A stretch of 54,082 nucleotides of DNA from Bigelowiella natans CCMP2755 (Eukaryota > Protista > Cercozoa), in the NCBI GenBank assembly GCA_000320545.1, contig ADNK01000974.1, positions 1 through 54,082 of the forward strand. The letters are read 5' to 3'. A model generated the notes under the pieces. It made no database searches. It was given only the letters and a program-made list of their open reading frames with translations, and had not been told where the DNA came from. The position numbers were made by a program, and so were the translations under genes. Shown piece by piece: positions 1-12,069 of the stretch (the first letter of the stretch is position 1; each line of letters begins with the position of its first letter).

Positions 1-1050
1 ACATTTCGTGAGCTCCCACTTTAAAGGCCACCGCCATGTCTATTGGAAGTACAAGTGAAGGCTGTATGTATATCGCTACTATGCACACATCTAGACATGA
101 TGCATAGCATCTAGATTGCCGATTTTACTAACATTGTGTGGCGCTAGCTGAAAGTGCATGATGAATGCAAATATGCAGGCAGCTAGTAGGCAGGGCAGCG
201 GAGAGGCATCCGGATACATCGCTAGCCCGGCAAGGACACGCTGCCATGCTAGCATGCATCACTGCATTGCTCGTGGCGTCGCTGCTTTTACTCATAGCTA
301 GATAGGCATAAGGCTTATTATTCCTATAGCAACAAGCTAGATCTGCATGTCGATCATGCGGAGAAGAGCAGAGCAGACAGCAACACATGTAACCTATAGA
401 TCATAGCATGCTAGCATGCAGCAATCACATCTAGACATACATTATAGGGACATATATGTCCATATACGTGTACGCGTAAGGAACACATGTACCCATGCAC
501 ACCACATGTACCTGATAAGAACACATGCTCTGTTCATATCCACACATGCACCAAACAAGCCACTACACATGTACCGAAATGCATGCATCATACAGACAAC
601 GCTACATATGTATAGTCGCTCTGTACTCACTACTAAATTACTATCGCATTTATTTAATTTCACCAGCAGTCATTCCTTGCACGCACTTTATCATGCTAGC
701 TAGCTAGCTAGCATGCTGCTTCTTTTTTGGTACACGATGAACGTCAATCACCTAGCTATGCTGCTACGTTGATTGTCGTATCTTCAATTTAAGTAAAAAT
801 AACGCTTGTGCTTTTATAGTTGAGCGTGTGACTACGATAATTATACGTCTAGACGTTTAGACGTTCGCGGTGCATCATGAATGCGCGTATGCATGTTGCA
901 GATCTATGCACGGCAGCATGTTGATCGAGGCATAGTCTTCTTGGGATTATCATTTCTAGTCAGCCTTAACTTCGTCCTCTGCATGCACTAACAGCGTGGA
1001 TTACATCGATGCGATGCACGCTATGTGCAATTCGAACTACGCTACCTACG
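1..1050. other. Intergenic DNA enriched in CTAG/CATG/TGCA (partially TpA-converted)
   Basis: Dense gctagc, gcatgc and atgcat words, e.g. gctagctagctagctagcatgc at ~695-716. No credible ORF. Confidence 0.55.
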
Positions 1051-1180
1051 GATACGATTACAAAACCCTCACGTTCCACCTCAGAAGTCTATCTCTCAGC
1101 TGTTTTTATTAACTTTTTTCTCCTGGGAGCTCCAAGTCTGTACGGGGGGGGACACATCCAGTATCAGCTACCGCATTCGA

Positions 1181-1929
1181 CTATCTAACGAAACCCCTGC
1201 CCCCTCGTTGACGATTTCGAGGAACTGAACAACCCCAACTCCAAAAAGGAGAAAAACTACAATTTGGTGCCCCCAGCTCCGAGAAATTATATTTCAAAAA
1301 AAGCAAGCCAAAATGGGCACAATTCACCTGAAGCATCTTGATCCATTGGAGGCGTTCTTCGGCAGTATCGGCCGCAAGTTTGAACATCGAATTTCGGTTG
1401 CTAACGGAGAACTGGTACGCACAACCGCTCTTTTGAACGACGACGACAACGACGACAATTGCGACGAACACACACAAAGTATTCAGAGGAGGAATGGGAC
1501 GATGCTAGAATTGTGCTTCAGTTCGCAATCTATAGTAACTTACTCACCTTCGAGGGCATATAGCTGAGTTCTGTATCCTTCATTGTAGGCTCAATAGTAT
1601 TGAAAGAATGCACCTGAAGTGGGAGAAATCAGCTCTCTTCTATGTTCTCTCTTCTACGTGCGTGTGTGCGGTACATGCACACGCACCTCCCATTGCACTA
1701 GCGGTAAAGACTCATTGAATTTAAGATCCAGCAGACGAAGGAACTTCCCGTCCAGAATAGCGTACCTAAGCAAGCACGCCACAGAAATAAGGGCACAAGA
1801 AGCAAAAGAGGGAAAAGCAGAAGGAAGCGGGAAAACGAATGGCAACCAAAACAAATGCTACACTTTCAAATGATAATGTACATGGCTCTCATCATTCACA
1901 CTCCCTGATTGCGCCGATATGTTATTGTG

Positions 1930-1965
<36 letters not shown>

Positions 1966-2138
1966 ATCAAGGAATGATTTGCGGTCGCAGGCGTAGGATA
2001 TTAGGCCTCGCCACATGCCCATTCCTGACCTGCACGTCTAGGTCGACGTGCAGTTGTGTCTTCCCAATGAAGAGAACCGTAACGGGGAATGGAAATCCCC
2101 ACAACGGTCAAGCAAAAATATTGGGGGATGAGCGCGCG

Positions 2139-2183
<45 letters not shown>

Positions 2184-3141
2184 ATACTAGACGAATCGCA
2201 CGGCTATCTATTGGATGCTGACTGCAGGCATGTGTATTATATGTTGTGCAAAAGAAGAGAACGTACTTCCGCGTCCAGACAACTGGCAAATTCTTCTTCA
2301 AGCAAAGTGGCTTGCACATCACCCAGCCCTCCCTATGGACATTTTTGCCTGAAACCATCAACAACCATGTTTGCAACACCAGAACAACTCAAGAAAAGCC
2401 GGGACAGAGCAAACGGGTGGGAGGGGTTTGACCTCCTTCTTCCCCTTCTTCTGCCGTGACAGACGCACTTCGAATGGCCTCAACCCAAAGATCTCGCTCG
2501 GTTTCACCAACTACTCCCAGCGCTATCCTTGCCGGAGGTTCCACACACTGAGAAGAGAAGAGAAGAGAAGAGAAGACAAGACAAGCAGAAGAAGAAGAAG
2601 AAGAAGAAGAAGAAGAAGAAGAAGAAGAAGAAGAAGAACAACAACAACCAAGAAGCAGCGGCGACAAATCAAGCCTTCAGGTCCCATTCTTTGGTGACAA
2701 TTCACTATGTTTCTGTATTATAATCTTGAAGCATCATCATATTGTTGCGAAATCGCACTTCGTGTAAACATCACCGCCGCACACGACTCTTTCTCCTACC
2801 TTGTCCTTTGCCTTGACTTCCTCAAAGAGGCCGCTCTTGCGAGTTTCGAACCTGGCGAGCAAACACTCATCAAAATAAGATAATGGTGAAGCCTGCGCGC
2901 GATGATAATGCCGGGGTTCAGTTCCACAATTATATTCTCGTGTTTCTCTCTCTGCAGTCGATCGATCACAGCCAATAAAACAGTTGAAAGGAGTAGTAGT
3001 CCCCATCCACCCGGTGTATTTCTCATCTCGTTGTCGTCCTCATTCGACTCGGTGGAATTGCTATCATCACCGCATCGGTGGTAGCAAAATGACCCGTGAT
3101 TGATCATCATAATCCCTTCTCGCTCACTAGGCCTCATGCTC

Positions 3142-3178
<37 letters not shown>

Positions 3179-3352
3179 TGTAAGAGGTTTGAGTAGTACC
3201 CAGTGATACAGAACGTGGCTAGGGAAGGTTTATCGTTGTTCTCCTTGTTCAGAATCGCATTACAAACCCGGCACACTGGCACCGAGACCGAATTCTTATA
3301 CGGTGTAGGCAGAGAAACCTGATAAAGCAGGGACAGGACCCGCACTCTCATT

Positions 3353-3383
<31 letters not shown>

Positions 3384-3749
3384 GCAACAGCACATCATCA
3401 TAACTCAGTTGCAAGATAGACATGTGATGACTATTCTTTCTACAACAGGAGGAATTGCAATCACCTTCGAATTGCCAAGGCAACTGCCGCAGAAGACGCC
3501 CAAGCAGTACATGCACAGCTTCTTTTTGATCTTGTTGTCGAACTTAATGGCGCACTGCGTGCACGCGCGTTGATTCTTGTCGCAGGAAATCAAATCTCGC
3601 ACTTGCTTGTTCTGCAAGAAATCTCGGAGATGGTCGCGCATAGTCATCAAAGCACTTCTTTGGGGCTTTCTCCAATGCTTCATTTCCAACTTACCACTTT
3701 TCAGGAACTTCTTGATCTATTGTTGCGAACATACAAACCAGCCGTTATG

Positions 3750-3804
<55 letters not shown>

Positions 3805-4607
3805 ATATATTTTATAATATATTATTTATATATGCCTGTGCGATGATACGCCTGCATTTCTGTCCGAAAACCATAACAGCGCCAACTTAATATACATGTA
3901 CGAAGAGGCTTAATTTCAAATTCGCCTGAATTGACCTTATCCCGGTCTCTCTTGCTAACGTTTGTGAGCGTCTTCTCGTCGCCCGCCTTCTTATCGGTGC
4001 CTTCCAACTCTGTATCTTCCTGGTCTGGCCAGTCTAATCGGAGGAACTTGTTGTATACCTAAGGAAACGGGGGCGGGGAGGGGGGGCATGAAGGGGGGGG
4101 AAATTAAGAAATATAAAAAGAAAGAAAGAAGGAAACGATTATGGATGCTTATGCTCATGATTACATGCAATTATCGGTATTCTTCTACTACTATTACAAC
4201 TGCCGCTGGTGCTGCTGCGACCATCATACCTTCTGTGATTCTGACAGAAATTCCTTCGTTCCAGGCTTATATCTCTCCAGTTCTTCCACAGCGAGGTAGA
4301 ACTCCGGATATTCATCAGTCAAATTCTTCTCGCTCTCCTTCAAATACTCCTGGACGCGCGGAGAGGCTTTGGATTGTGACAACAGCATCACCAATGGATG
4401 CTCTAAGTGCTCGTTCGAGTTCTCAACCTGTGTAGCGGCAGCATGGGATGCAATTTGATGAGCGGGCGAATGATAGATAAGTAGTAGTGAAACCGAGAGC
4501 ACCGTGACCGAACGAGGTGAGCACGTGTGTCAAAAGGCAACAACCTTTGGTGTATTTCTTTAGATCATCACAACCCATGAATAGATAGGTACATGTACAC
4601 ACACACA

Positions 4608-4641
<34 letters not shown>

Positions 4642-6191
4642 ACTTTTTTGCACTATATGTTCATACCTGGAGTGTAGGAGTCCCCAGATCTATCTCGGCG
4701 AGGATCTGTGGATCATGTCGACGTATTGACACTCCCCGCTCCCCCGACCCGTCGCCAGGAGTTATCTTGAAGTATGAGCGCATCCAAGTGCCCTGCAAAT
4801 TCACCGAAGTTTAGATGATTGTCATGTGTGGCTGGAGACAGAAAGTCACTTCTGCTACTACTACTTAGTACTACTAACACCAATGGCAAATGGATAGGCT
4901 ACTACCTTTCTCAGGTGTTGCACCGCTTTCCAACCCTCTAACCATTGGTCCCCCCCTCCTGAATGCTTCATCGATTGGGATGATGGCCGAGCTTCTACTC
5001 TCTCGCCAGCAGTTGCTGCTTCAATGTTAATGGATAGGAGGTACATCTCCGAAGAAGGCCGTAATTGGCTCGATTGCCAAGATAACCCTCCAAACACGTA
5101 GATCATGGAACCCCTCGACACCGCTGTGTGCGAACAACGCGGTGTCGGTGCCGCACCTGGTTCATAGATATATAATATACACCCAGAATAACTTTCCACG
5201 CGATTCTAAAGGGAAAACGTACAAAGTCACACTCTTACCCGAGATATCCATACGCCTCCAATGATTTGTTTTCGTGTTGAATGAGTAAACGTCGTTGTAG
5301 AAGTTTTCCCTGCCTGCAGAACCTCCAATGAAAATGATTAAAGGGGTGCCTATTGTTGATGTAGAGAGCAGTCAGTCAGGAATTGCCTGCTATTCTAAGG
5401 GGAAAATCCGATTCTCTTTGGATACCTGCCAGAGCACATGCCGAGTGCCATGCTCTCGGAGAAGGGGGGTTCCCCGTCACCTCAGGGATTTGCCATTCCA
5501 TTGTCTTCGTGTCCAAGCAATAGAGTTCATTGAAGAATCTTGTGTAGCCATAGATTCCGCCAAAAATATACAATTTCGTGCCGATTGCTGTAGCGCTATG
5601 CCCTCGTCGCGGACCCGGAATGTTCCCGACCATGTTGACTTGTGACCAACGCCATTTGTTCTTAAAGTCTAGGGTCCACAAGTCATTATATGATTCCACG
5701 CAGTTCCAACCCCCGAAAAGGTAGATCTTGCCATTAAGTAGCGTTAATGTATGATCGCGGCGACCTTTCGGCTTTTCCTTCTTTCCCGCTGTATCTTCAA
5801 CCATGAGTTGCTGAGACTTCATGTCAAACAGAAATCCAAAATTAAGATATTTATCTGTTTTGCCGGCCCAACCGCCAAACACGTACATATCCCCTTCCAC
5901 GTTTACAGCCTGATGTCCAACACGATTCTTTATTCTCATTTGCATCGAGGGTTGAAGCCATTCAGCTTTGAAGTTTTGTAGGGATATCATACAGACGTCA
6001 TTTGTGTTTCCATATTTAGTTGTTGGGCCTTCCCCTCCTCCATCGTAGCGGCCTTCTTGAGGAATGAGTTGCCCATGACCACCAAATACCACCATTCTAT
6101 CACCAATTAACACTGCCGAGTGGCCGCTCCTTGCAACCGGAAAGACACTGTCCAATTCTGCAGGTTGCCATGCCCCCAGAATGGCGGCCAT
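1181..6191 (-). CDS. Multi-exon gene: N-terminal Kelch repeats, RGS-like domain, FYVE zinc finger and C-terminal PH domain(s)
   Basis: Exon 5376-6191 has Kelch motifs (ARSGHSAV..MVVFGG, GRRDHTL..IYLFGG, PRRGHSA..LYIFGG), continued at ~5240-5325 and ~4900-5160. RGS-like: VQEYLKE..EYPEFYLAVEELE..QKVYNKFL (~3900-4430). FYVE: CTQCAIKF..KKKLCMYCLGVFCGSC + VCRVC (~3200-3690). PH-like: VHREGWV..WTRKYVL and YQFSV..FKLAADTAEERLQWIKML (~1330-2550). GT-AG introns; the exon chain is inferred by eye. Confidence 0.8.
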
Positions 6192-6564
6192 TTTTTAGGC
6201 TTGCTGCCCGGAACGAAATCTGTCCCGTCATGGCCTGTTTCGTTTACGACTTAAAACTGCGGGAATTAGGATAAATAAAGGACGAATATGTCATGTCGCA
6301 TCTATGAAATTCGCCAATGATTACGAGGCCTTGCTTTAGATGAAACACAGGCTATTTTCCTTGCATTGTGTGAGCATAACAATGACCAAAATCAAAATCT
6401 GTCCTTTCCTCTTCGCGCTTCACATTCTGCGACAACACCGACGTTGTTAAGTATCTTTGAAAGTTCTTACGACAATGATATAGTATTGTCTCATGAGATA
6501 AATCGAGGAGATCTATCTTCTCTTTAGGCGAATCCTGGTCAACAAAAGAGACAGGCCTCCACCC
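6192..6564. promoter_or_regulatory. Probable bidirectional promoter between divergently transcribed Kelch gene and phosphatase-like gene
   Basis: About 370 bp separates two divergent start codons. No specific motif was identified. Confidence 0.4.
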
Positions 6565-7287
6565 ATGGAGGCCGCAATGAAGAGGCCAATGAAGAGGCCC
6601 TCTTTCCTCAAGCCCATGAGCCCGACGAGTCTCTTTAATGCGCTCGGTGTCCCGGGAGTATACTGTGCTCCATCTTGTGTTCTAATAGATTGCCGGCCAG
6701 TTGAAGATTACCGGATAAGACACATTCGAGGAGCCATCAACCTGCCTCCAGATGTAATTGAATGCAAGGAGTCTAGCTCTTCCAGCACGATTTCGGATAG
6801 TCTTCCCGCTCCAGCTGACACTTCACCTGGAAATTCAAGTCGGATTGAGGCGACTAAAGGCGATACCTTAGTTACTTCACCCACTTCTGCACCTCCGGAG
6901 ACTGCTGAACGGATTTACGAAGCTATGTGGGAGAGATTTTGTAATGCTTACATTGGCTGCTACATGCCAAGATCGCTCATTCTTTACACAAGGTAAACAT
7001 AAATACTGTTGATTAAAACATACCCTCATACCAAGTTTTCAACATAATCTGACTTTCAAATCGATTGCAAACTTCCAGTGAGCGAGACGGGGAGAGTGAG
7101 AAAAATAGAATAATTGCACTGTCAATCTTTCTTCGTAAGGTAATTTTTTTTTTACCATTCGCTCCGAATCTCATGAATAATGATTACTGATGACGTCGAA
7201 CATTTGCGTCTACATCGAATGCAGAGTCGACGCGGTATTCTTCATGATATATTTTACCTTGAGAAGGTATCACACATACACCAACAC

Positions 7288-7325
<38 letters not shown>

Positions 7326-9100
7326 CTCTCTCTCCTAAAATTGAATTGATTGATGCCGTAATATGAGCAACATCCATTAACGCTATTTTCTCCCAGGGCT
7401 TTGGAACTTTTGCAGAGATTTTCCCGTTTCAATGTCGGTCGCACGAAAGTAAAAGAGTATTCAGCGGACCCTTCCTTCTCTATCCCACTCGAATTCTTCC
7501 CTACGTTTATTTGGGGAGCGGGAAAAATTCTACCGTAATGTTTAAGTTTTAATGGTAAGGAACCACATGGCCATTGGCGATAACAGCTCCATTGTGTTGC
7601 AGGCTAAGAAGCAAATTGAGCAATTGGGCGTCACGTACATTATTAATTGCGACGGAGAGACAAAGCAGAAGTTTCCGATGTGTGCCTATTTCGACCTGAA
7701 ACTATCACGCCCCGAAGAGGTAGAGTAATCTAAACTTCTCGCGAACTGTAGAACAATTGGTGATAAAGGATTGCTAAACTCAGGCGGCTGTCACGAATTT
7801 TTGCACGGAGTGTGGCATGCGTTTTCGAGCCCCTGTGAAATTTTGCTCGAGATGCGGAGAGAAGGTTTCTGACAAATCTATACCTCAGGAAAACGGAGAC
7901 AAGGTGATGCTTTTTGGGAAACTCTACAAGTTTATCTGATAAAGTGTCAATACATTTCACAGCACATAGATTTTCGCGCTTGCGTCGATATAGTCGATCG
8001 ATGTCGTCGTGATGCTGGACGAGCCGAGACCGTAATTCCCTCCTATTCCGAATTCTTTGTTGCGAGTATGCCTCATCCCGAATATTTCATTAGGGTCGAA
8101 ATATCCTTATATATTGCAAATCTGGAAACAGCTTATCTGCTGCGGTTACTATTGCATTTTTAATGGTAATATTGATTCGTAGTCAATCGGTTTTCTTCTG
8201 AGGCTTTTTCTTATGTCAGTATCACCATCGGCATCTTCTGCGTCCACAGAGTTCTTCTGATATGAACGGGCCCAGGAATCCACCAAACCGTATTTCCGAA
8301 CATGGTAATAGCGGTGAGAAACCCTGGACACTAAAACGTGTTCTCAAATTTGTTCGCAAGCACCGGCCGACAGTCGATCTCACGGGGTATCTCCTCAGGT
8401 AATTTTGAAAATCCACAAAACCGCACATATGTAACCATATCAACCTTTTGCAATCAGGGAATTGGCACGTTATGAGAAACTATTGATCCATGAGGCGAGA
8501 CTTGCGAGCATAAATGTACTCCCACGTCGATGCGTTGAACAATCCGGACACAAAAAAGCTTTCAAACAACCAGCACCGACAATTGCACCGCCGCGAATTA
8601 GCACGTGGAAAAGCGATTCGCTCTCCCCATTGCAACGGCACGGATTTTTAAGAATGGCTCCAAAGCGGGTGGACACTGATGTGAATGGGATGGAGGAAGA
8701 TGAGAAGTTCGAAGTTGAAGTTAAATCACAGAGAGTAACAAAGTCGATTAGCAGCATACTCCGAAAGCAGAACAATTCAAGTACGGAACGTATGAAATCC
8801 CGTGATCGGAGAAAGGCTTTGAGTGTTTCTTTTGCACCTCTTGACTCTGTATCTGATTACTCCAATCGATATTCTTCGGAATCTCCTGTCGTCTCGCCAA
8901 AAAATAGTAGGGGAGCACCAGGACTCGGAAAAAGGCGTGTACATATTAACGATAAACGCATACCGACAGACAAATCAATTAGTACAGTTACAACAAATCG
9001 GGAAGATTGTCGGGAAATCGATTTGCACAGGGAAAATCCGTTATCGAATGCAGTCAGAGTTGCTACACCTCAACAATCGATCATAAGTTTTAGAAGATGA
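6565..9100 (+). CDS. MAP-kinase-phosphatase-like protein (rhodanese/Cdc25 domain + dual-specificity phosphatase domain), multi-exon, probably catalytically impaired
   Basis: Exon 1 has LIDCRPVEDYRIRHIRGAINLP (rhodanese). Later exons read YPTRILPYVYLGS (~7480-7520), IEQLGVTYIINC (~7615-7650), NILIYCKSGNSLSAAVTIAFLM (~8095-8165) and LKFVRKHRPTVD (~8340-8380). The low-complexity last exon is 8458-9100. Confidence 0.8.
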
Positions 9101-9944
9101 TCCAGAATTGCATAGTTGTTGAATAGAAATAGTTTCATCTAGGTTGTAGTATTTGGTTTTCGTGGTGATATTTACGTTTCTTGACGTCTAGACGCGTCTA
9201 CGCCAAAAATTCTATCCGTATGTAAATCGTAAGAGGAATTTGGCTAGCTATGAGCATAGCTATGAGCAAATTGTCGCTTACAGATGCAGGGCTAACAGTG
9301 CAACATGTGTAGCTGTCATGTCACATGTTGCTTAATTTGCACGTACCACCTAGCATGGACGCCGTCATCAGGACTAGAGAATACAGCTAGCGATAGCTAG
9401 CTATTTGAACGCGATGCTCAATATGCTTCATGACTGACTGCGCACAGCTACAGCTAGCCGTCACACCTGCATGCACACAAGAAGTAGAGGGCATATTGTA
9501 TAATTGATTACGTCGTATATGTTGCAACGAAAGTGACATAGCATTTCATGCATCGACGCAAAAATGCTGACGCTTTCAAATGCATGAAGCACGTGACGTA
9601 CAACAGATCGAGACAAATATATTCAACATAAGCGCTGTAGCCGCTGCTTTGCACAGCTGCACCAGGGTGACAATTGAACAAATTTGATTTATTTGCCGCA
9701 TCCGTCTCACATGCATGCGAGCCAGCACAGCAACTAGATAAGTTCAATAACAAAGCAGTGCTAATGAATACAAATTAAGTACGCTGCATTGACTATAAAT
9801 TAATAGTATTTATGTCTCATAGCAGGCTGCATCGTTCAAAACTGATTCGGATTAAATTTGACTTGCATGGTATGGTCGTTTATTCCCACCGTACCGCTCC
9901 TTACTATACACTTTCCAAAAATAAATAATACGATAACGTGAACA

Positions 9945-10376
9945 TCAAACACCGCCTGATTGCATTATCATAGCAACGAATTCCTTATAGTTTAGCTTCC
10001 CGTCCCCATTTATATCTGCTTCTTCGATCATCGCTTCAAGGTCATTGTCAGAAAGATCTTCTCCTAAAGCTAACATAACGTGTTTCAGCTCTGGAACAGA
10101 AATATAATCTTCGTCGTAGCAATTTATTATCGAATTAGAATTCTCCATTTGAGAGGCCATCATCTTCACAAAGTGCTCAAAATCTAAGTCGCCGTTCTTT
10201 ACGCCTGCTTCTAATATCATATTTTTTAACTCCTCTTCCGTAGACTCTAAACCTATAATCTTAAAAACATCTTTGAGTTCCATGGGTGATATACGCCCAT
10301 CGGAATCCTTATCGAACATCTTGAAGCATGCTTGCAAATCTGCCATGTCTTCTTCTGCAAACCCAAACCCTCCCAT
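9945..10376 (-). CDS. Calmodulin-like EF-hand protein (intronless; EF-hand 3 degenerate; possibly a pseudogene or retrocopy)
   Basis: The ORF contains ACFKMFDKDSDGRISPMEL, GDLDFEHFVKMM, YISVPELKHVMLALGEDLSD and EADINGDGKLNYKEFVAMI. The AFxxFDxDGxG part of EF3 is missing. Confidence 0.8.
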   Translation of the reverse strand: MGGFGFAEEDMADLQACFKMFDKDSDGRISPMELKDVFKIIGLESTEEELKNMILEAGVKNGDLDFEHFVKMMASQMENSNSIINCYDEDYISVPELKHVMLALGEDLSDNDLEAMIEEADINGDGKLNYKEFVAMIMQSGGV

Positions 10377-10899
10377 TTTTTTGTTTTTTGCAGCTTTGCT
10401 ATCACTACGCTGCTCCGCCGAGGTGGCTGATGATAGCCTTTCACCTGTTCAGAGGGCAAAGGCGATGAGTTCCTTAAAACTTCAGAGACATGGATAGATT
10501 AAAAGAAATCTAAGCCCTGATCGATTTCGAAGGAGTTCCAAGTACCTTTTTCGTTTGTCCGAAGAATTGGTAGCTTGGGCTCCATTCTGATTCCAGTTAG
10601 GTAGTTAGTTAGTTGTTCTATTCGCGTCCTTGATTTCCCAGCTGTGTTTTTTCAAAGATGGATTTTGGCCATGATGGCGATGCCAGTGGTAGTATTCAGG
10701 ATATTTTCCTTCCTCTTTTCCATTGAAGTTGTTGCTTCTGTTTTTTAAGGTTCGTTCCTCGAAATTTACCTTCCATCCCAAGAACATCGAATAACCGTTG
10801 TCGCTCTCTTCTTCGACTCTGACGACTTTGGCTTGCTTTCGGCAAAATGATGTTCCAGTTTGACGGCATGAACCCCGCTAGTTCGCTAGTCAGCATCTA

Positions 10900-11000
10900 G
10901 CTCGAAGCACTGCGTTTCGCACTTTGCATTTTGCACACTGCAAGTGTCTTGCAACACTTTGGAAATGTAGTTTTTCATCATTGTTTCATTGTTTCATTGC
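10900..11000 (+). mobile_element. 5'-truncated copy of the LINE 3' end with simple-repeat tail
   Basis: gcacactgcaagtgtcttgcaacactttggaa followed by (cattgttt)n. It matches 11045-11095, 12075-12170 and the LINE 3' UTR at 38610-38705. Confidence 0.65.
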
Positions 11001-11039
11001 AAACATCATGACATGTTTTGGAAATGCAGTCATCACTGA

Positions 11040-11095
11040 AGCCAGTTCGAGGCACTGCATTTCGCACATTGCAAGTGTCTTGTCACACCTTGAAA
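11040..11095 (+). mobile_element. Partial copy of the same LINE 3'-end repeat
   Basis: ttcgaggcactgcatttcgcacattgcaagtgtcttgtcacacc. Confidence 0.6.
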
Positions 11096-11099
11096 TTCG

Positions 11100-11570
11100 C
11101 CGATGCGGCGCGCGATGCGGTGATGGGCGGGGGAGCGTTTGGTTCCTGGACACCGGTGGGATGGACAGACATGTCGCCCCAGCCACCGGTGACTGGGCAG
11201 CCAGGCGAAGGATGCATGGATCTGCATTCAAGATTCAAAGTCACATTCGGAAAAAAAATTGGTGCGATGCGGTGATGGGCGGGGGGGTTGGTCACCTCCT
11301 GCCCCTGAACCACATTCCTGGTCACTGGTGGGGTGGACAGACTTGTCGCCCCAGCCACCGGTGACTCGGTAGCCACATGAAGGATGTGTGGATCTGCATT
11401 CAAGATTCAAAGTTGCATTCGCCGAATTGGCACTGGGTGGTGGGTTTTTCGGCTACGAGGGTGGCTTTTCCCCTCCCTGTGCCACATTCCTGTTCACCGG
11501 TGGGGCAGGCCACCGGAGAATTGGATGCCAAATGAAGCCTTTTCGGATCTGCATCCAAGATTCACCCTGG
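11100..11570. repeat. Degenerate tandem repeat, about 3 units of ~150-180 bp
   Basis: Shared cores gatgcggtgatgggcgggg, gtcgccccagccaccggtgact and ggatctgcattcaagattcaaag occur at ~11110-11250 and ~11265-11420, with a partial third unit at ~11480-11565. Confidence 0.75.
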
Positions 11571-11594
11571 ATGAATCCCATCAGGATGAAGGTG

Positions 11595-11835
11595 TCCTCC
11601 TCAAACTTCATGCCCTCCAGGCAATGTCTCCATTGGGCCGGGGATGTTGTGGTTGGCGTGAAGTCAGTGCTTCCAATTGCAATGATGGGGGCTTTGTCTC
11701 CGCAAAAGCCGGGGATGCTGTGGTCATTGCGAAGCTCGCTGTCCAAATGGACTGGGAACGAAGAATGCATCCTCCTCCATCTTCATGCCTTCCAGTGAGG
11801 GCAATGTCTCCGCAAAAGCCGGGGATGTTGTGGCA
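11595..11835. repeat. Degenerate tandem duplication
   Basis: tgtctccgcaaaagccggggatg occurs at ~11695 and ~11805. tcctcc..cttcatgcc.tccag..gcaatgtctc occurs at ~11595 and ~11770. Confidence 0.65.
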
Positions 11836-12069
11836 GGTGTGAAGCAGACCACGAAGGTGTGGTCCATGGGATTGTGCTCTTGGGGGTCGCAGGTGTGGTG
11901 TTCTTGCTTGGTGATCTCCAAGCATGAGCAAACCATCACGACAGGATTCAGGGATGCGTGATCCTGAAGTTGGCAAACATCAGGCACTTGAAACAATGAA
12001 ACTAGGAACGGAGGAGTGGCTGCAATGCCATTCTTGATTCCTTTTGGTTTCACTAGATGGTCCTCACCA

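Noticed and set aside
1839-3890. Plus-strand ORFs with poly-L, poly-R, (HT)n and (YI)n runs
   Set aside because: These are translations of intronic microsatellites, antisense to the real gene.
10304-10868. Classical RIP (CA/TG to TA) acting on the 10-kb copy as the explanation for the differences
   Set aside because: The 10-kb copy keeps abundant CA/TG and has ordinary TA density. The anomaly is the absence of TA in the other copy, and the LINE Tyr-to-Cys/His changes give the opposite polarity.
11100-11835. CRISPR-like repeat-spacer arrangement
   Set aside because: The units are long degenerate tandem duplications in eukaryotic DNA, with no constant repeat and unique spacers and no cas genes.
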